NCBI GenBank assembly: GCA_008632985.1
Contig: QPGO01000165.1
Coordinates: 62,001-126,000, forward strand
Direction: 5' to 3'
Source: Psammoneis japonica
Taxonomy: Eukaryota
Length of the DNA stretch: 64,000 nt
Below, piece after piece: positions 39,300 through 51,929 of the stretch (position 1 is the first letter of the stretch; every line of letters begins with the position of its first letter). The notes below the pieces were generated by a model. That model saw only the letters and a program-made list of their open reading frames with translations, was not told where the DNA came from and did not search any database. Both the position numbers and the translations under genes were made by a program.

Positions 39300-40001
39300 T
39301 CTCATGAAGATTGCCATTGCTCTTCATTCCTTCTCTGCTGACCGCTTCACATGATCAACCCACCATTGGGTCTTTTCCAATGTTTCAGAATGGCTCAAGT
39401 GAGTTTCTGTCAGGAGCTGCATTGGAAGTGGCCGCAAACAACAACGACCCAGCCAAGAAGGCAAAATCTTCCACGTGATTTGTCTTGCCACAAATTCCAG
39501 TCAAAGCCACTTGGTCTGGGGCATGCCGCAGTCAGGCAGTTCCTTGATGGCATGAGTGCAAGGCAATTGTTCTGTGGCAAAGGTGGGCACTGCTTGACTC
39601 CAATCATTCTCAAACTGATCAAGACATCCAGCCAACATCTAGACATCCCACAATGCTGAACTGCATCCTTGTCCCAGACTGGCCAACAAGACATGAGCGG
39701 CATCACCAAGCAACACAACGGTTCCATCTTGGACCTGTGCGCAGCTGCATTTGACTGTTTGCAACATGGAAAGAGGACATGATTGGAGACTCTCTGCTTC
39801 TTTGTCCAGCACGAATCCTGCCAAGTGTGGTGACAGATCATTTGGACATTTCCTGGCAGCAGAAGCGTCGTCCATCGCAGCAAAAGGATTGTCCTCTTTG
39901 GGGAACACAATGACACCATTGAGATGCTCCTTGTTGTGTCCACCGGGAGCCATTGTCACAGTCTTTCTGCCGGGTGGCATCCAACTGTTGAGATGGTCTG
40001 A
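39300..40001 (-). pseudogene. FAD-dependent monooxygenase (kynurenine 3-monooxygenase-like), 3' part
   Basis: VVLLGDAAHVLLASLGQGCSSALWDV is the GD fingerprint. The gene is split by Copia-1. Confidence 0.8.
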
Positions 40002-40128
40002 TGTGACAAAAACACATGCATCGGTCATGTCAAACCTGCGTGACCCTGCAAATGTGCATTTCTTAGAAGATCTGAAGACAGAGCAAGAGTGCCAAACCAG
40101 CACATGAAGACCAGTGCAGAGTCTACGA
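40002..40128 (+). repeat. Copia-1 5' LTR (3'-truncated by a deletion into gag)
   Basis: Matches 45346-45473. Confidence 0.85.
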
Positions 40129-43100
40129 TGGCTGACTCACCATGGAGGATGTCAGGAATCATGTGCAAGCCTGCATGAATGGTCAAAACAGGCAAGCTCA
40201 AAATGCTGTGCAGATGGCGGAGTGCATCTCTCAGTCTCTCACTCCAGAAGCACGAGACAAGATCATTGCCAAACATGAGCAATGCACCATCAATGGCAAC
40301 TTTGTCAGAACATTGCTCTTCAAGCTGCTCACCCAACAGGCCATTGTTGACACTCATTCTGCTGCCAACTTCTTCCGTGAGAATCTGCCAAACATGGACA
40401 CCTGCATGGCTGGTGTGAACTCTGACGTCGAGAAGTTCAATGAGTGTGTCAAACTCAATTGTGAGGGACTGCGAGCTCTCAAGGTGAGAACTTCGATGAC
40501 CTCAACACATTCCTGTTCAAAGGACATGCAGCAGCAAGTGATGAGTTGTTCGTCAAGCACATGGCTCCCCACAAGGACAATTGTGACAATGGCAAAAACT
40601 GCTCACCTGAGAGGATCATGACACTTGCACTCAACAAGTGCACCAACCTCAAGTGACATGATCAATGGGGAGCACTGTCTCCTGCCAAAGAGGAGACAGT
40701 TGCACTCTCCACAGAGACAGCCACCATCAAGGACCACAATCTCAAGTTGACCAAGTCTTTTCTTAATCTGGCAAGTGCATGAGTCCCAAAAAGAAAGAAG
40801 ACAAGGACAAAGGCGGCAAAGAGATCAGAGACAAGAAGAAAGGAAAAGGGAAGAAGGGAGACTCTGACAACTCCTGGAAAAGAGTTCCGCCAAAGGACTC
40901 CAACCCTGCCAAACTCCAAAACTCATGGCAGTCGCAAGCACTGCCGGTGTCAATGCCACACCGCATGGGTCGTTCACCTGCCAGATGATGATGGACCCAA
41001 CAGTTGCAGGTTGAGAAAGTCACAAGAGTCAGGTGACAATTTGGATTCCTCAAAGAGAGTTTCATTTGCAGGTGCACTTGCTGCCATCCTTGATGACATC
41101 CAATCTGAGGAATGACTGTTCTTTGGAACCATCATGAGGGCTCTCTGCACATGGACATGCTGCGTGAAGATGGTGGCAACTCTGTTCCTTGGAGCCCTCA
41201 CCATGGCCTGGACAGCTGCAACAATGGCACCTCTGCTGGTGCCAATGATCCTGGTTGTCACATTTGGCCTTCCTCACAAAACATTCAAGAAAGTCATGAT
41301 GCCGACAATGACGTTGGGTGAGTGGATCATTTCACAAATCCCAGCTGATGCACGAGTGTTGCGCAAACACTTGCCATCAAACAAAAGCATGTGTTGTCCA
41401 AGGTGCATGACTGCAAAAAGAACAGGTCACTTGACAAACGTGGCTGAAAAACAAGCAACCTGCAAAGTGACCTTTGCACTGGCAGCCAACGCTTCTGCAG
41501 TCTCGTTCCAAGGCGTTTCAGCCAACCATCAAACCAACGCCGCTTGCGACTTGGATTCTTTCATGATTGGCATTGACAACCATGCCTCTTACACTGTGCC
41601 AAACAATTGCAAGCACTTCATTGGTGAACTCACACCAGTCAGGATGAAAGTGAGAGGCATTGGAGGTGAGCTCCTAAAGGTTGAATGGAGAGGAATGCTG
41701 AAATGGAAAATTGAGGATGACAATGGCAAGTCCATGCTTTCGCCATTTACAAAGCACTCTGTGTGCCCAACTTACCTGCATGTCTGTTCTGTCCTCAACA
41801 ATGGAGCTCACAGGCAAACAATCACAAGCCTGAACCCCATGGCACCATCTCTGTCAACCAAGAAGACAGGTGCCTGCTCATGTGGAATCAAAAGAAGTTT
41901 CAACACTTCATCCCACAGGATCCTGTGATGAACACAACCAGCTTCCATTCTGCGCCAGGTGCTTGCACTTGCCAAGTGTTTGCAGCTGCAGTGGAAGCCA
42001 AACAAAGGGTCAACAACATTGAGCAAGTCGCATGCCAGACTCACATGATCCCACCCGACAACAGTGACTCTGACAAAGACACTGATGCAGCACTGCAAGA
42101 CTCCTTCAAGGACTCTGCCAAGTCGTGACCTGATGAGTTGCAAGGAGCATGCAACAACGTTGACAGTGAGACAATTTTGTTTTGACCTGCAAATGAACAA
42201 GACAGGCACTCACCACACTCTGTTCCTGATGAGAATGAAGAGAACATGAAAGATCTCACTTCCAAAGAAGTCCAAACAAGACTCCGAGATCCAATCAACA
42301 TGATCCCTGACGAGGAGATCCTTGCTGCTGATGACAACCAAGGTGAATTGTTGCATTGGCATTGCTGGTTGGGCCACACATCATTCAAGATGACAAAGCT
42401 GCTGGGAGCACTTGGCATCCTTCCAAGACAACTGACTAAAGTTCAGAATCCAAAGTGTGCAGCATGCATCTGTGGAGCCATGACTGGGCGTCCATGGCGC
42501 ACCAAGTCCAAACAAGATAGAGGGCACATGCACATTGCTGCAAGACCAAGAGAAGTTGCACCCATCAACCAACTTGAAAGTCCAACTCCTGGATTTGTCC
42601 CTCAGCTCAAAGGGAGGCCTGCAAAACAAAGATGCAAGGCAGTGACAGTGTTTGTGGATCACCACAGTGGACTCAGCTGCATCCACTTGCAATGATCACT
42701 CACCTCTGAGGACACCCTGAAGGCTGAGAGAGCATTTGAAGCCTTCACTCACCAACATCACGTCCGAATCAAACACTGCTGTGCCAACAATGGAAGATTT
42801 GCTGACAATGCATTCATTCAAGACATTGAGAGAGAGGGACAGAAGATTTCCCACAGTGGAGCAAATGCTTGTTTTCAAAATGGCATCACTGAAAAATGGA
42901 TTTGCGACCTGCAAGAGCAAGCACACAAGCAATTGCTGCACGCAAAGGCAAGATGGCCATCAGCAATTGAATTGAACTCATGGCCAAGTGCCTTGCATTG
43001 CACAAATGAAATTAGGAACTCCTCACCTGATCATGCCAATGGTTCCTTGCTGATCAAGATGTTTGCTTCCATCAAGGCAGCACTGAAGATCAAGGCTCAC

Positions 43101-45345
43101 CACACTTTTGGATGTCCAGCCCATGCTCTGAACAATGGATTGCAAAGTGGAGGATGCATTGCAAAGTGGAGCTCAAGAGCAAGACTTGGAATCAATCTTG
43201 CTCCATCACCAAGACACGCTGGTTTGGTGTCACCAGCCCTGAATTTGGAAACAGGCCTGACGTTGCCTCAATTTCATCTGCAATGCGACAACTTTTTTGA
43301 AACAGTCAGACCATCTGCTGGAAATCCTCCAACATTTTCCCAATGGCAGACCACAGCAGGCTTCAAGACACAAGCTGAGCCAAGTCAATTCAACACATTT
43401 TGGCAATCAGAAGAGTCAATGGAGCCCACAGCAGCTCAAACACCAAGACTGGAACCAGAACCTGCAATTCTGCAACAACATGCTCCTGCACAAGAAAACA
43501 TGGGGCAGCCAAGTGTGAGCAGATGCGGCTGCAAATGACGACCAACAACACGCATGGCCGAAAGCCAGGAGCAACATGCCAAAGGTGTTGCATCATGTGC
43601 TGCTCACCACAAAGAGCACTGTGACGCAATGCATGAGGAGGACTGTTGTCTCCAAGATGACATGGACCAACCCCCATCATTTGTGACTTGATCCAACCAA
43701 GACACCATGCACTTTGACCAAGCTGTGCATGAACCTGACCAAGATGAATTTACAATGGCAGCAGTCAAAGAGGTCAATGACCACATCAAGCACAAACACT
43801 TGAGATTGATTCCCAGAGATCAAGTTCCAGAGGGAGTCAAGGTCTTGCCTTCAGTTTGGTCCATGAAATGCAAGTGAGACATCAAAACTCAAAAAGTGCA
43901 CAAGTGGAAAGCAAGATTGAATGCACACGGTGGAAAGCAGGAACATGCAATCAACTGCTTCAACACATGCAGCCCAGTTGTAAACTGGCACACTGCACGA
44001 TTGATCCTCATCCTGTCCATCCTCAACAGATGGCACACACGCCAAGTCAACTTTGTCCTTGCCTCTCTGCATGCTGACATTGAGTGTGACATGCACATGG
44101 AATTGCCCAAAGGAATTGAGACAAAGTGCGGCAATGGCAAGACTCATGTGTTGCAACTGCTGAAGAACCTGCATGGACAGAAGCAAGCAGGACGAGTTTG
44201 GGGAGAACATCTCAAAGAAGGATTGCTCAGAATTGGATTCAAACAATCCAGTGTTGACAAATGCCTTTGCCGCCGATGCAATGTGCCATTTGTGCACTGT
44301 GTTGATGATGGCATTTTCACTTCTCCAGACAAAGATGCCATGGACAAAGCAATTCTGGATGTCAAAAACAAAAACTTCGACATTGATGGTCAAGGGAGCA
44401 TTGAAGATCACCTCGGCATCAATGTTGAAATGCTTCCTGATGGTTGCACAAAACTTGTGCAACCACATCTCAGCCAGCAGATGCTGCAAATGGCGAACTT
44501 GTCAAAACAAGCAGCCAACAAATCCACTCCAGCTCCTTCTTCCATGATGCCACATCGAAACAAGAACAATTTGTCATTTGAAGGGAGCTTCCATTGTTGA
44601 GCTGTGATTGGTGAGCTCAACTTCCTCAAGAAGTGCACTCAACCTGGCATCGCTTGTGCGGCACATCAAGTTGCTTGGTTTTCTGAAGACCCAAAATGAG
44701 CGCACGGCGAAGCTGCACTGTGGCTTTGCAAGCACCTTTGCAACACTGCCCAAGAAGGAATCACACTTGATCCAATTGAGGACAAGTCATTGGAAGTTCA
44801 TGTGGATGCCGACTTTGCGGGCAATTGGAACAAGCTAACTGCAACTGTGACACAAGCACTGCCAAGTCAAGAACAGGTCATGTCATTGCATTTGCAGGAT
44901 GTCCAATTGCATGGTCATCCAAGTTGCAAACTCAAGTGGCATCAAGTGTGACTGCAGCTGAGTTCATCATGCTTTTGGAAAGTCTTCGAAGTGCCATCCC
45001 AATTGTGAACATTCTGAATGAGCTCAAGGGAAACAGTCATCCTGTTGTCTCAGACATGCCCAAGGTCCATTGCAAGGCATTTGAGGATGATTCCGGTGCT
45101 CTCAAGACAGCACGTTTGCCCAAGATGCGACCATGGACCAAACATTTCAACAACATGCTTCGTCATTTCAAGGATCATGTTCACCAGGGAATTGTTTCAA
45201 TCTGTCCTGTTGACACATGATGTCATCAGGGAGACATGTTCACAAAGCCTCTGCCACAGAATGACTTTCTCAGATACAGAAAGTTTCTTCTCTGCTGGTG
45301 GATTGTCAGATGCATCACTGTTCCACCCAACACTGTTGAAGGGAG

Positions 45346-45582
45346 TGTGACAAAAACACATGCATTGGTCATGTCAAACCTGCATGACCCTGTGTGTGTG
45401 CATTTCTTAGAAGATCTGAAGACAGAGCAAGAGTGCTGAACCCACACATGAAGACCAGCACAGAATCTGCAATGAGACATTTTGAAGAAACTCTGGACAT
45501 TTCAAAGAGACTCTTTTGATTGCAATTCAAAATGCTCACAAAGGATCACTTTCATTTTTACACCGGATTAGCTCACAATTTC
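45346..45582 (+). repeat. Copia-1 3' LTR
   Basis: Lies between the PPT and the TSD tctga. Confidence 0.8.
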
Positions 45583-46340
45583 TCTGATGCAGAAGTTGTC
45601 ATGCACCTTTGCCATTTCACAGCTGCTCCTTCCAAGAGTTCACATTTTGGTTGATTGTTGCTTTGCAGCTTTTAACCGCTGATTGGCTGGCAAAACCTTG
45701 CAAGATTTGGGTTCAATCAGACATCCAACAAGAGTGGATTGACACCTTTGTCGCAGCTTTTTCTCGCACAATGCAAAGACTTGTGATTGTTTGCAATTTC
45801 CTCAGTTTTGCACCACCCCAATTCCTCTTGTTCCAACACCCTTGGCAGCAACAAGATGATCAAATGATTCTTGTTGTGTGACCTTTTTGTTGCTGCCGTC
45901 CTTCACTGTGCGCACCGTCACAACCTTTTTGTCTAAATCCAGTTGTTCTGCAGTGCTGTCAAAGTGTGATTTTGCACAGAATTCTTTGGAGCATGTTTGA
46001 TCTGAGAAAGCTCCTCCAATGACATCAGCAGAATGCCATTCCTGTCGATGCTCAGAAACAAGGGTTGCGCAATTTTGATTGGCTTCTTTGGTTTGCCGTG
46101 CAATGCTGCACCAATGGCCCAAATGCCTTGCTTTTCCAATGCAGCCTCAAGGTTGTGAATTTGTTGAATGGCAGCCAGTCCTTGACACTGCTGCAAGGCA
46201 ATGGGACATGTCCGCACCTCTTCTGGAGAGAGCTCTTGGGGAGCAAGATGCTCCTCATGAACACACACCTTGCATCTGGGGCAACAGACCAAGCAATGCA
46301 CCAGCAACAATGACAATCTTTTTTGACGATGCAACGAGGG
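45583..46340 (-). pseudogene. FAD-dependent monooxygenase, 5' part
   Basis: KVCVHE...RTCPIAL..GLAAIQQIHNLEAALEKQG and FDHLVAA.G. Joins the 3' part across the TSD (..ASDHLNSWM). Confidence 0.7.
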
Positions 46341-46544
46341 ACACAGTTCTTCTTCTCGTTCTTGTCTTGCCAGATTTTTGAGCTTTTCTGCCAGTGTGAC
46401 TGTGCTGTTGCTGCAGCTGTGATCACAGAAATTTCTGCAGCACTCTGAAATCTGTGATTGTTAAAACCCCAGATTGCCATCCTGAGCTGGTGTTGCCTGG
46501 CCTCTTTTGGACAAAGAAATGCAGTGAATTGAGGCTGGAAGCAG

Positions 46545-48194
46545 TGATGCTGGGCCAGTGCAACAAAAAAATCTGCCCTCAGTTCTGCCCTGCAGAGAGC
46601 AGCAGTCATCCTGCGGGGAAGAAGACCCAGCTGCAGCAATCAGTGCTGAACCTGCATGCCAGCAATCAACCTGTGCAAACACACTTAAGGAGTTGGAAGC
46701 CAAAAGAAAAACCTTCCAAGAAGCACAAAAAATGCCACACCATCACCTGCACCATGGCTTTTGAGTGCCCATGGTTCCACTCAGTGACCATTGCAGCAAA
46801 GGCATGAACAACATTCTTGACTCATGTGATCATGAAAAAATGATGCTTGCACTGGATGTTTTGCCAACCCTTGGCTTTTTGGTGTTTGATCACTTTTTCT
46901 GCAAGGGAGGAAGCATGCTGCACCACTGCATTGGCAACAGCAGCTCTGACATTTCAACTCATTGATTGGAGGACAAAGGTGAGAATGCCATCACTTGCCA
47001 AAGGAAGCATTAAAAATCCAGTGATTGTGTTTGCACTCATTGCAAAGCCCGTCTTTTGGGCATTTGGTGCTTTTTTCTGTGATGGCAGAGTTTTTCTCTC
47101 ACTGTTGCTCTTGTTTTGTGGTCACTCACAGGTCTGCAAGGCACCCATTGCAGTGATGGCATGGACACCTTCATGGACTAACATGATCATGAAAAAAATG
47201 CTTGCAGTGGATTTCTTGCTGCTCCTCACCTCTTGGGTGTTTGGTGACTTTTGCTCTGAGAGAGGACACAAACAATGCTGCTGTGTCTCACACAGCAGCA
47301 CTCACAATGAAGCTGGGCACTCGGACTGCAAAGGTGAGAACAACAGAGTTTGACAACAAGAGTGTTGAAAATGTGATGGCCATGTTTGTTTGTTATGCAC
47401 ATGGCATCTTTTGGGTGTTTGGTGCTTTCCAAGTGTGGCACAGCATTTTCCTCACTGTCTCTCCTGTCTCACCATCACCCACAGGTCCACTTGGCACCCA
47501 TTGCATCCAAAGCACCAAGGTGATTGTGGACCCAATGGTTGTTAAAACACACATCTTAAGCCAAGGATGTGGAAAAGCACAGAGAAATCAGCGGTGAAAC
47601 CCTTGGTCATGCCTTCTGCACTGCGGAGCAGCTTGTTTTCTTGCCAAGCTGGTGGAAGTGCAGCAAGATGCTGGCTGTTCTTTGGGCCAATGAAGCTGTT
47701 TAGCAGCACTGTTTGAACATGAAACTCACAACAGGGATCTCAAACGGGTGCTTTGGAGCTTGTCAACATTGAAAGTGGTGCAAGTCGTCCACCTGCTTTC
47801 CCCAGCACAAGGAGAGCAAGTGTTTCTGCTGCACTCAGGACACCTGTGAGTGCTGCTTGCTGTGCCGCCAGATGTGCTGTTGGTGTTGGCTCATTTGCTG
47901 GGTTGCACGCAGTGATGCTCATGGTTGAGATGCCGCAGTGGAACTTTCAGCTTTTTTTTCATGTGCCATTGCACCCAACCTCGACAAGGACAGATGATTG
48001 CATCACACAAAAGGGGTGTGCAGGGTGGAATTTTTGGCTCCAGAAATTCCACCATGCCTTCTACCTGGGTGGAATGAACAGCAGATGCAGTGGAATTTTT
48101 GAGAAGATGCGACTGTGGCACTGACATTTTTGCATGTGCAAATTCCATTTTTCAGCAGAAAAATGCCACTTGGGTAGAATTTTGGAGGTGACGG
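46545..48194 (-). mobile_element. Internally deleted Crypton-like unit, in tandem with the next unit
   Basis: 46550-46810 matches 48195-48412, and 47810-48194 matches 51965-52345. It carries the same 177-bp array. Confidence 0.6.
46810..47480 (+). repeat. ~177-bp degenerate tandem array, 4 units
   Basis: Anchor tgggtgtttg.tgacttt.. at ~46880, 47057, 47234 and 47412. Confidence 0.75.
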
Positions 48195-48409
48195 GCCAAC
48201 ACAACCAAAAAATCTACCCTCAGTTCTGCCCTGCAGAGAGCAGCACTCATCCCATGGGGAAAAAGACCATGCTGCAGCAATCAGCACTGAACCTGTGCAA
48301 CAGTGGTCAACCTGCACAAACCATGCAAGAAGTTGAAGCCAAAAAAAATCAAAACTGGCCTTTGAATGCCTGCAGCTCCACTCAGTGCCCATTGCAGCAA
48401 AGGCACGAA

Positions 48410-49710
48410 TGCCATTGTGGACCATTGTGGCAGTGATGCAAATGATGTTTTTGTTGGATTTGTTGCTGACCCTTGCCTTTTGGGTGTTTGATGACTTTGA
48501 CAGGTGGGAGGAAGCACAAAGCACCGCCGCATCGGCAATGGTGGCGTTGATGTGTCCACCTGGCACTCGGGCAACAAATGTGAGAACTCCATTGTGGGCT
48601 GATGTGGCAGCAATGCAAACGATGTTTTTGTTTCATTTGTTGCCAAACCTCGTCTCTTGGGTGTTTGATGACTTTGACTGGGTGGAGGGAAGCACGAAGC
48701 ACCACCACATGGGCAACAGTGGGGTTCACAAGTCCACCCAGTGCTCGGACAGCAAAGGTGAGAATGCCATTGTTGACAAACGGGAGTGTGACAACAATGA
48801 TGCTTGTGTTGGAGCTTTTGACAAACCGTTTTTCTTGGGTGTTTGATGACTTTGACCAGGTGTGGGGAAGCATGAAGTGCCACCACGTTGCCAATGGTGG
48901 GGTTGACAAGTCCACCCAGCACTCGGACAGCAAGGTGAGAATGCCATCATGGACCAACAGGAATGTGACAACAATTGCAACGTACAGCTGCCAACAAGAG
49001 CCAATGCATCACGGCGACGTGTTGCAGTTTAAATGTCACAATGGGCGTGACAAAAATGACCTTTTGTCTGCATGCATGCTGCGTTGTGAATTCACAGCGG
49101 AGTGGTTCAATGCGTTGCCATTGGGCAGGAGGCCAGGGGTTCGAAACCCTGAGTGGGAGTTGTCTGCAGCAACGTTGATCACTGTCGAACGCGTAAAACT
49201 CTGTGCAGTTCTGTGTGTTCCTTCGTACGCACCCACACTGTTCCGCCAAAACCGTGCAGTGTTAGCACACGTTAGTTCTGCGCGTGACACATGGGGAGGA
49301 GTGCAATGCACAGCTGCCAATGAGAGTCAATGTATCACGGCGACGTGTTGCAGTTTAAATGTCACAATGGGCGTGACAAAAATGACCTTTTGTCTGCATG
49401 CATGCTGCACAATGATGCTTGTGTCAGATGTTTGCTGAACCTTTTCTCTTGGCTGTTTGATGACTTTGACAAGGAGACAGGCAGCCACAGCACCACCGTG
49501 TTGCCAACAGTGGGGTTGACAAGTCCACCCAGCACTCAGAGAGCAAAGGTGAGAATGCCATCAGGGGCCATTGGGGGTGTGACAACAATGGTGCTTGTGC
49601 CAGATTTTTGCTTGACCTTGTCTCTTGTGTGTTTGATGACTTTTGCCAGGAGACGGGAAGCGTGCAGTGCCGCCGCATTGTCAACAGCAGCATTGACAAG
49701 TCCACCCAGG
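48410..49710 (+). repeat. ~177-bp degenerate tandem array, 5 units, interrupted by a TRIM
   Basis: Anchor tgggtgtttgatgactttgac at ~48481, 48658, 48836, 49450 and 49627; caaaggtgagaatgcca also recurs. Confidence 0.85.
48976..49409 (+). mobile_element. TRIM-like miniature LTR element (434 bp) with an internal tRNA-like segment
   Basis: ~108-bp direct repeats at 48976-49083 and 49302-49409 (tgcaa...gctgca); PPT ggggaggag at 49293-49301; TSD caat (or acaat). Confidence 0.85.
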
Positions 49711-49823
49711 TGGCACCGTGCTGGCACTTGGAGCATGGGTGCCAAGGCCGCCACAGACTGTGAAGTCATAAAAAAAGGTGAGAACAAAATTTGCACTGTG
49801 AAGTTCATGTCACAATGGATTTG

Positions 49824-51929
49824 TCAAGTCCTCAACTCTGGGTGCCCACCATGTTGCTTGTCCTTTTGCATTGCTTGCAGGATGTTGGTTGTGGATTCAC
49901 CCTCACAATGCACAGAGCACACTTTGTCAATTGCAACCTCGGCAAGCATCCCTGATGCAACCACAGATTGAATCTGGTCCCAGAATGTTTTTCTCTTGGA
50001 AAATGTGTGCTTGACTTGACCTCGCTTGGCAGGAGCAAACAAACGCACAGCTTTCATTCCGCCAACACCAGCCATCCACTCATCCCACAGAATGTGGAGT
50101 GTCTTTGGGCCTCATGTCAATTGGGCATTGTTGTCCCTCTGTCCTCTTTCCTCAGCACCTTGGCCATCTTGAGCTTGCATCTGTTGTTGTCTTGGGCATG
50201 CAACGTGACCAGGCTGGCTGCTGATTCTGTTGAGGGACAAGCGCACTTTTGTTGGAAGCCCTGTTTTGTGTCCCTTTGCAGGGCAGTCAAGTCATTCTTC
50301 ATGGTGCACTGAGTCTGTTGCACTTCATTCAGCCCTGCAAGAAGTTGGGCTGCCATTTGTCCATCTCAGGCTCATCTGCCACTTGATGACTCAGTGCCGC
50401 AATTTGCCATGTCATCACCATTGGTGGCTGCCTCTGTTTCAGCTTCATCAACGTGCAAGGCGTCTTCCACATTGCACAGAATGAGCTGCACCTTTGATGC
50501 TGGATTTTCATTGTTGCCAAGCAATCCTTGAACATCATCAGCACGGGCATCCTTGATTCTCTGCATGACACCCACAGTGACACTGTCACACATTTCTTCA
50601 TCAAATGCTGCCCACAACACAGCTGTGCCAAGTGCTTCTGCCATGCTGGATGGAAAACGTGCAGATGTGTTTGGCGCCACATGCTGCAACATCCACTCCT
50701 TGGTCATGCAGCACCCCCACTTCAAACAATTGATTGGACCACTGATGCAGAGCAGCCCAGTGACCTTGGCATCAGGCCAAGGCAGGTCCACATTTGTGCA
50801 CTTGTCCTGCTGCTGCTTTGGCTGTTTCCACCTTGCACAACTGTCCATTTCATCCTTGTTTGCCCCTTTTGATTGAGCCAAAGCAGTTGAAAATTTCCTT
50901 GTAGAGTGAGTGCCAAGCAATCCCACAACCAACCATTCAAATTGATCTGAGTTCAGAATTCTCTTCAAAGCTGAGCAAGCTTTGCGGTTTGCTGCCTTGG
51001 GATTGTGGGTGCCAAAATTGAACATGAGCTCTCTGTTCCCACCAAGCCTTGCCATTGATGTCTCAAGGTGAAGCCCCAATCCAAGCAACACACAATGCAG
51101 CAGATGGTCTGCACCAAAAAGAACTTGGAATGGGTGCTGTTGTTCCTCCTGAGCATTCTTTGACCAATTCAGGCACATTCTAAGAGCAAAAGGGAATTGC
51201 TGGGTCACTGGTGGCCTTGCGTTCTGAGCTTTGCATGTGTCATCAAGTCATGCAATCAAGTTGTGAGTGACCTTCAAAAGACCAGGAATGACAAATTTAC
51301 ATCAAGGTCAGAAGAGCCATCCAACAAATGCAAGATTTGTTCATGCTCTTCCTTCTGAAAGTCACGCCTGGCTTGAGATGGCTTTCCCAAGCCTGCCACC
51401 TCCATTTTGGTTGTTGCATTTGTCAAGTCATTCACAACCACTGACTGTGTTGGGTTTCCCCATCCAACTTGATCATTCCACGCCATGTGCTTGTTTGGCA
51501 TGAAGCATGACATCGCCTTTTGTAAAACATCAATGAGTTTGCTTGTCCACTGAGCAGCTTGTCATTTGGCCCAGGATTGGGCTTTCCAACAGCCTTGACT
51601 CCAAACCACTCACCAATCTCCTTTGGTGCAGTTTTTGTCAACAAATTGTTTGGAAAGAGGTGCAGCAACTGGTGTGTGGTTTTGTCCCAATGTGACATAA
51701 ATTCTGCAAGGACGTCATGATGTTGTGGGATTGAGTCTGGGACGTTGATGCAAGGAGCCAGGCTTGTCAAGGCAAACTCAGGCCTGTCTTCTGGAGCTCC
51801 TTTTTCTTTTTGCCTTCTTTTGTTTTGTGTTGGTGATGGAGGCAGCAGCATTGGAGGTGGTGTCGGAGGTGGCAGCACTGGAGGCAGCAGCACATTGCAC
51901 ACACTCTTGTTCATTTTTAGCCCAGGCAA
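49824..51929 (-). pseudogene. Crypton tyrosine recombinase with GCR1_C-like C-terminal domain
   Basis: LGTHSTRK..ARW..QDKC..LPWPDAKV..LC.SGP (H-x-x-R, RW, catalytic Y now C). Tail GVGGMKAVRLF...RG.VKHTFSKRKTFW. Confidence 0.85.

Larger units (their letters stand above)
40002..45582 (+). mobile_element. Ty1/Copia LTR retrotransposon (Copia-1, CoDi-like), old and heavily mutated
   Basis: LTR matches start at 40002 and 45346; PPT gaagggag; TSD tctga (39997-40001 and 45583-45587). Domain order: gag, protease IGIDNHAS, integrase HWH.WLGH..CAAC and VFVDH, RT KARLNAHGGKQ and HCVDD, RNase H VDADFAG..DMFTKPL. Confidence 0.93.

Noticed and set aside
46810..49710. 177-bp arrays as a CRISPR array or a protein repeat gene
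   Set aside because: Whole units are homologous (no unique spacers), the context is eukaryotic, there are no cas genes, and no reading frame is kept across units.
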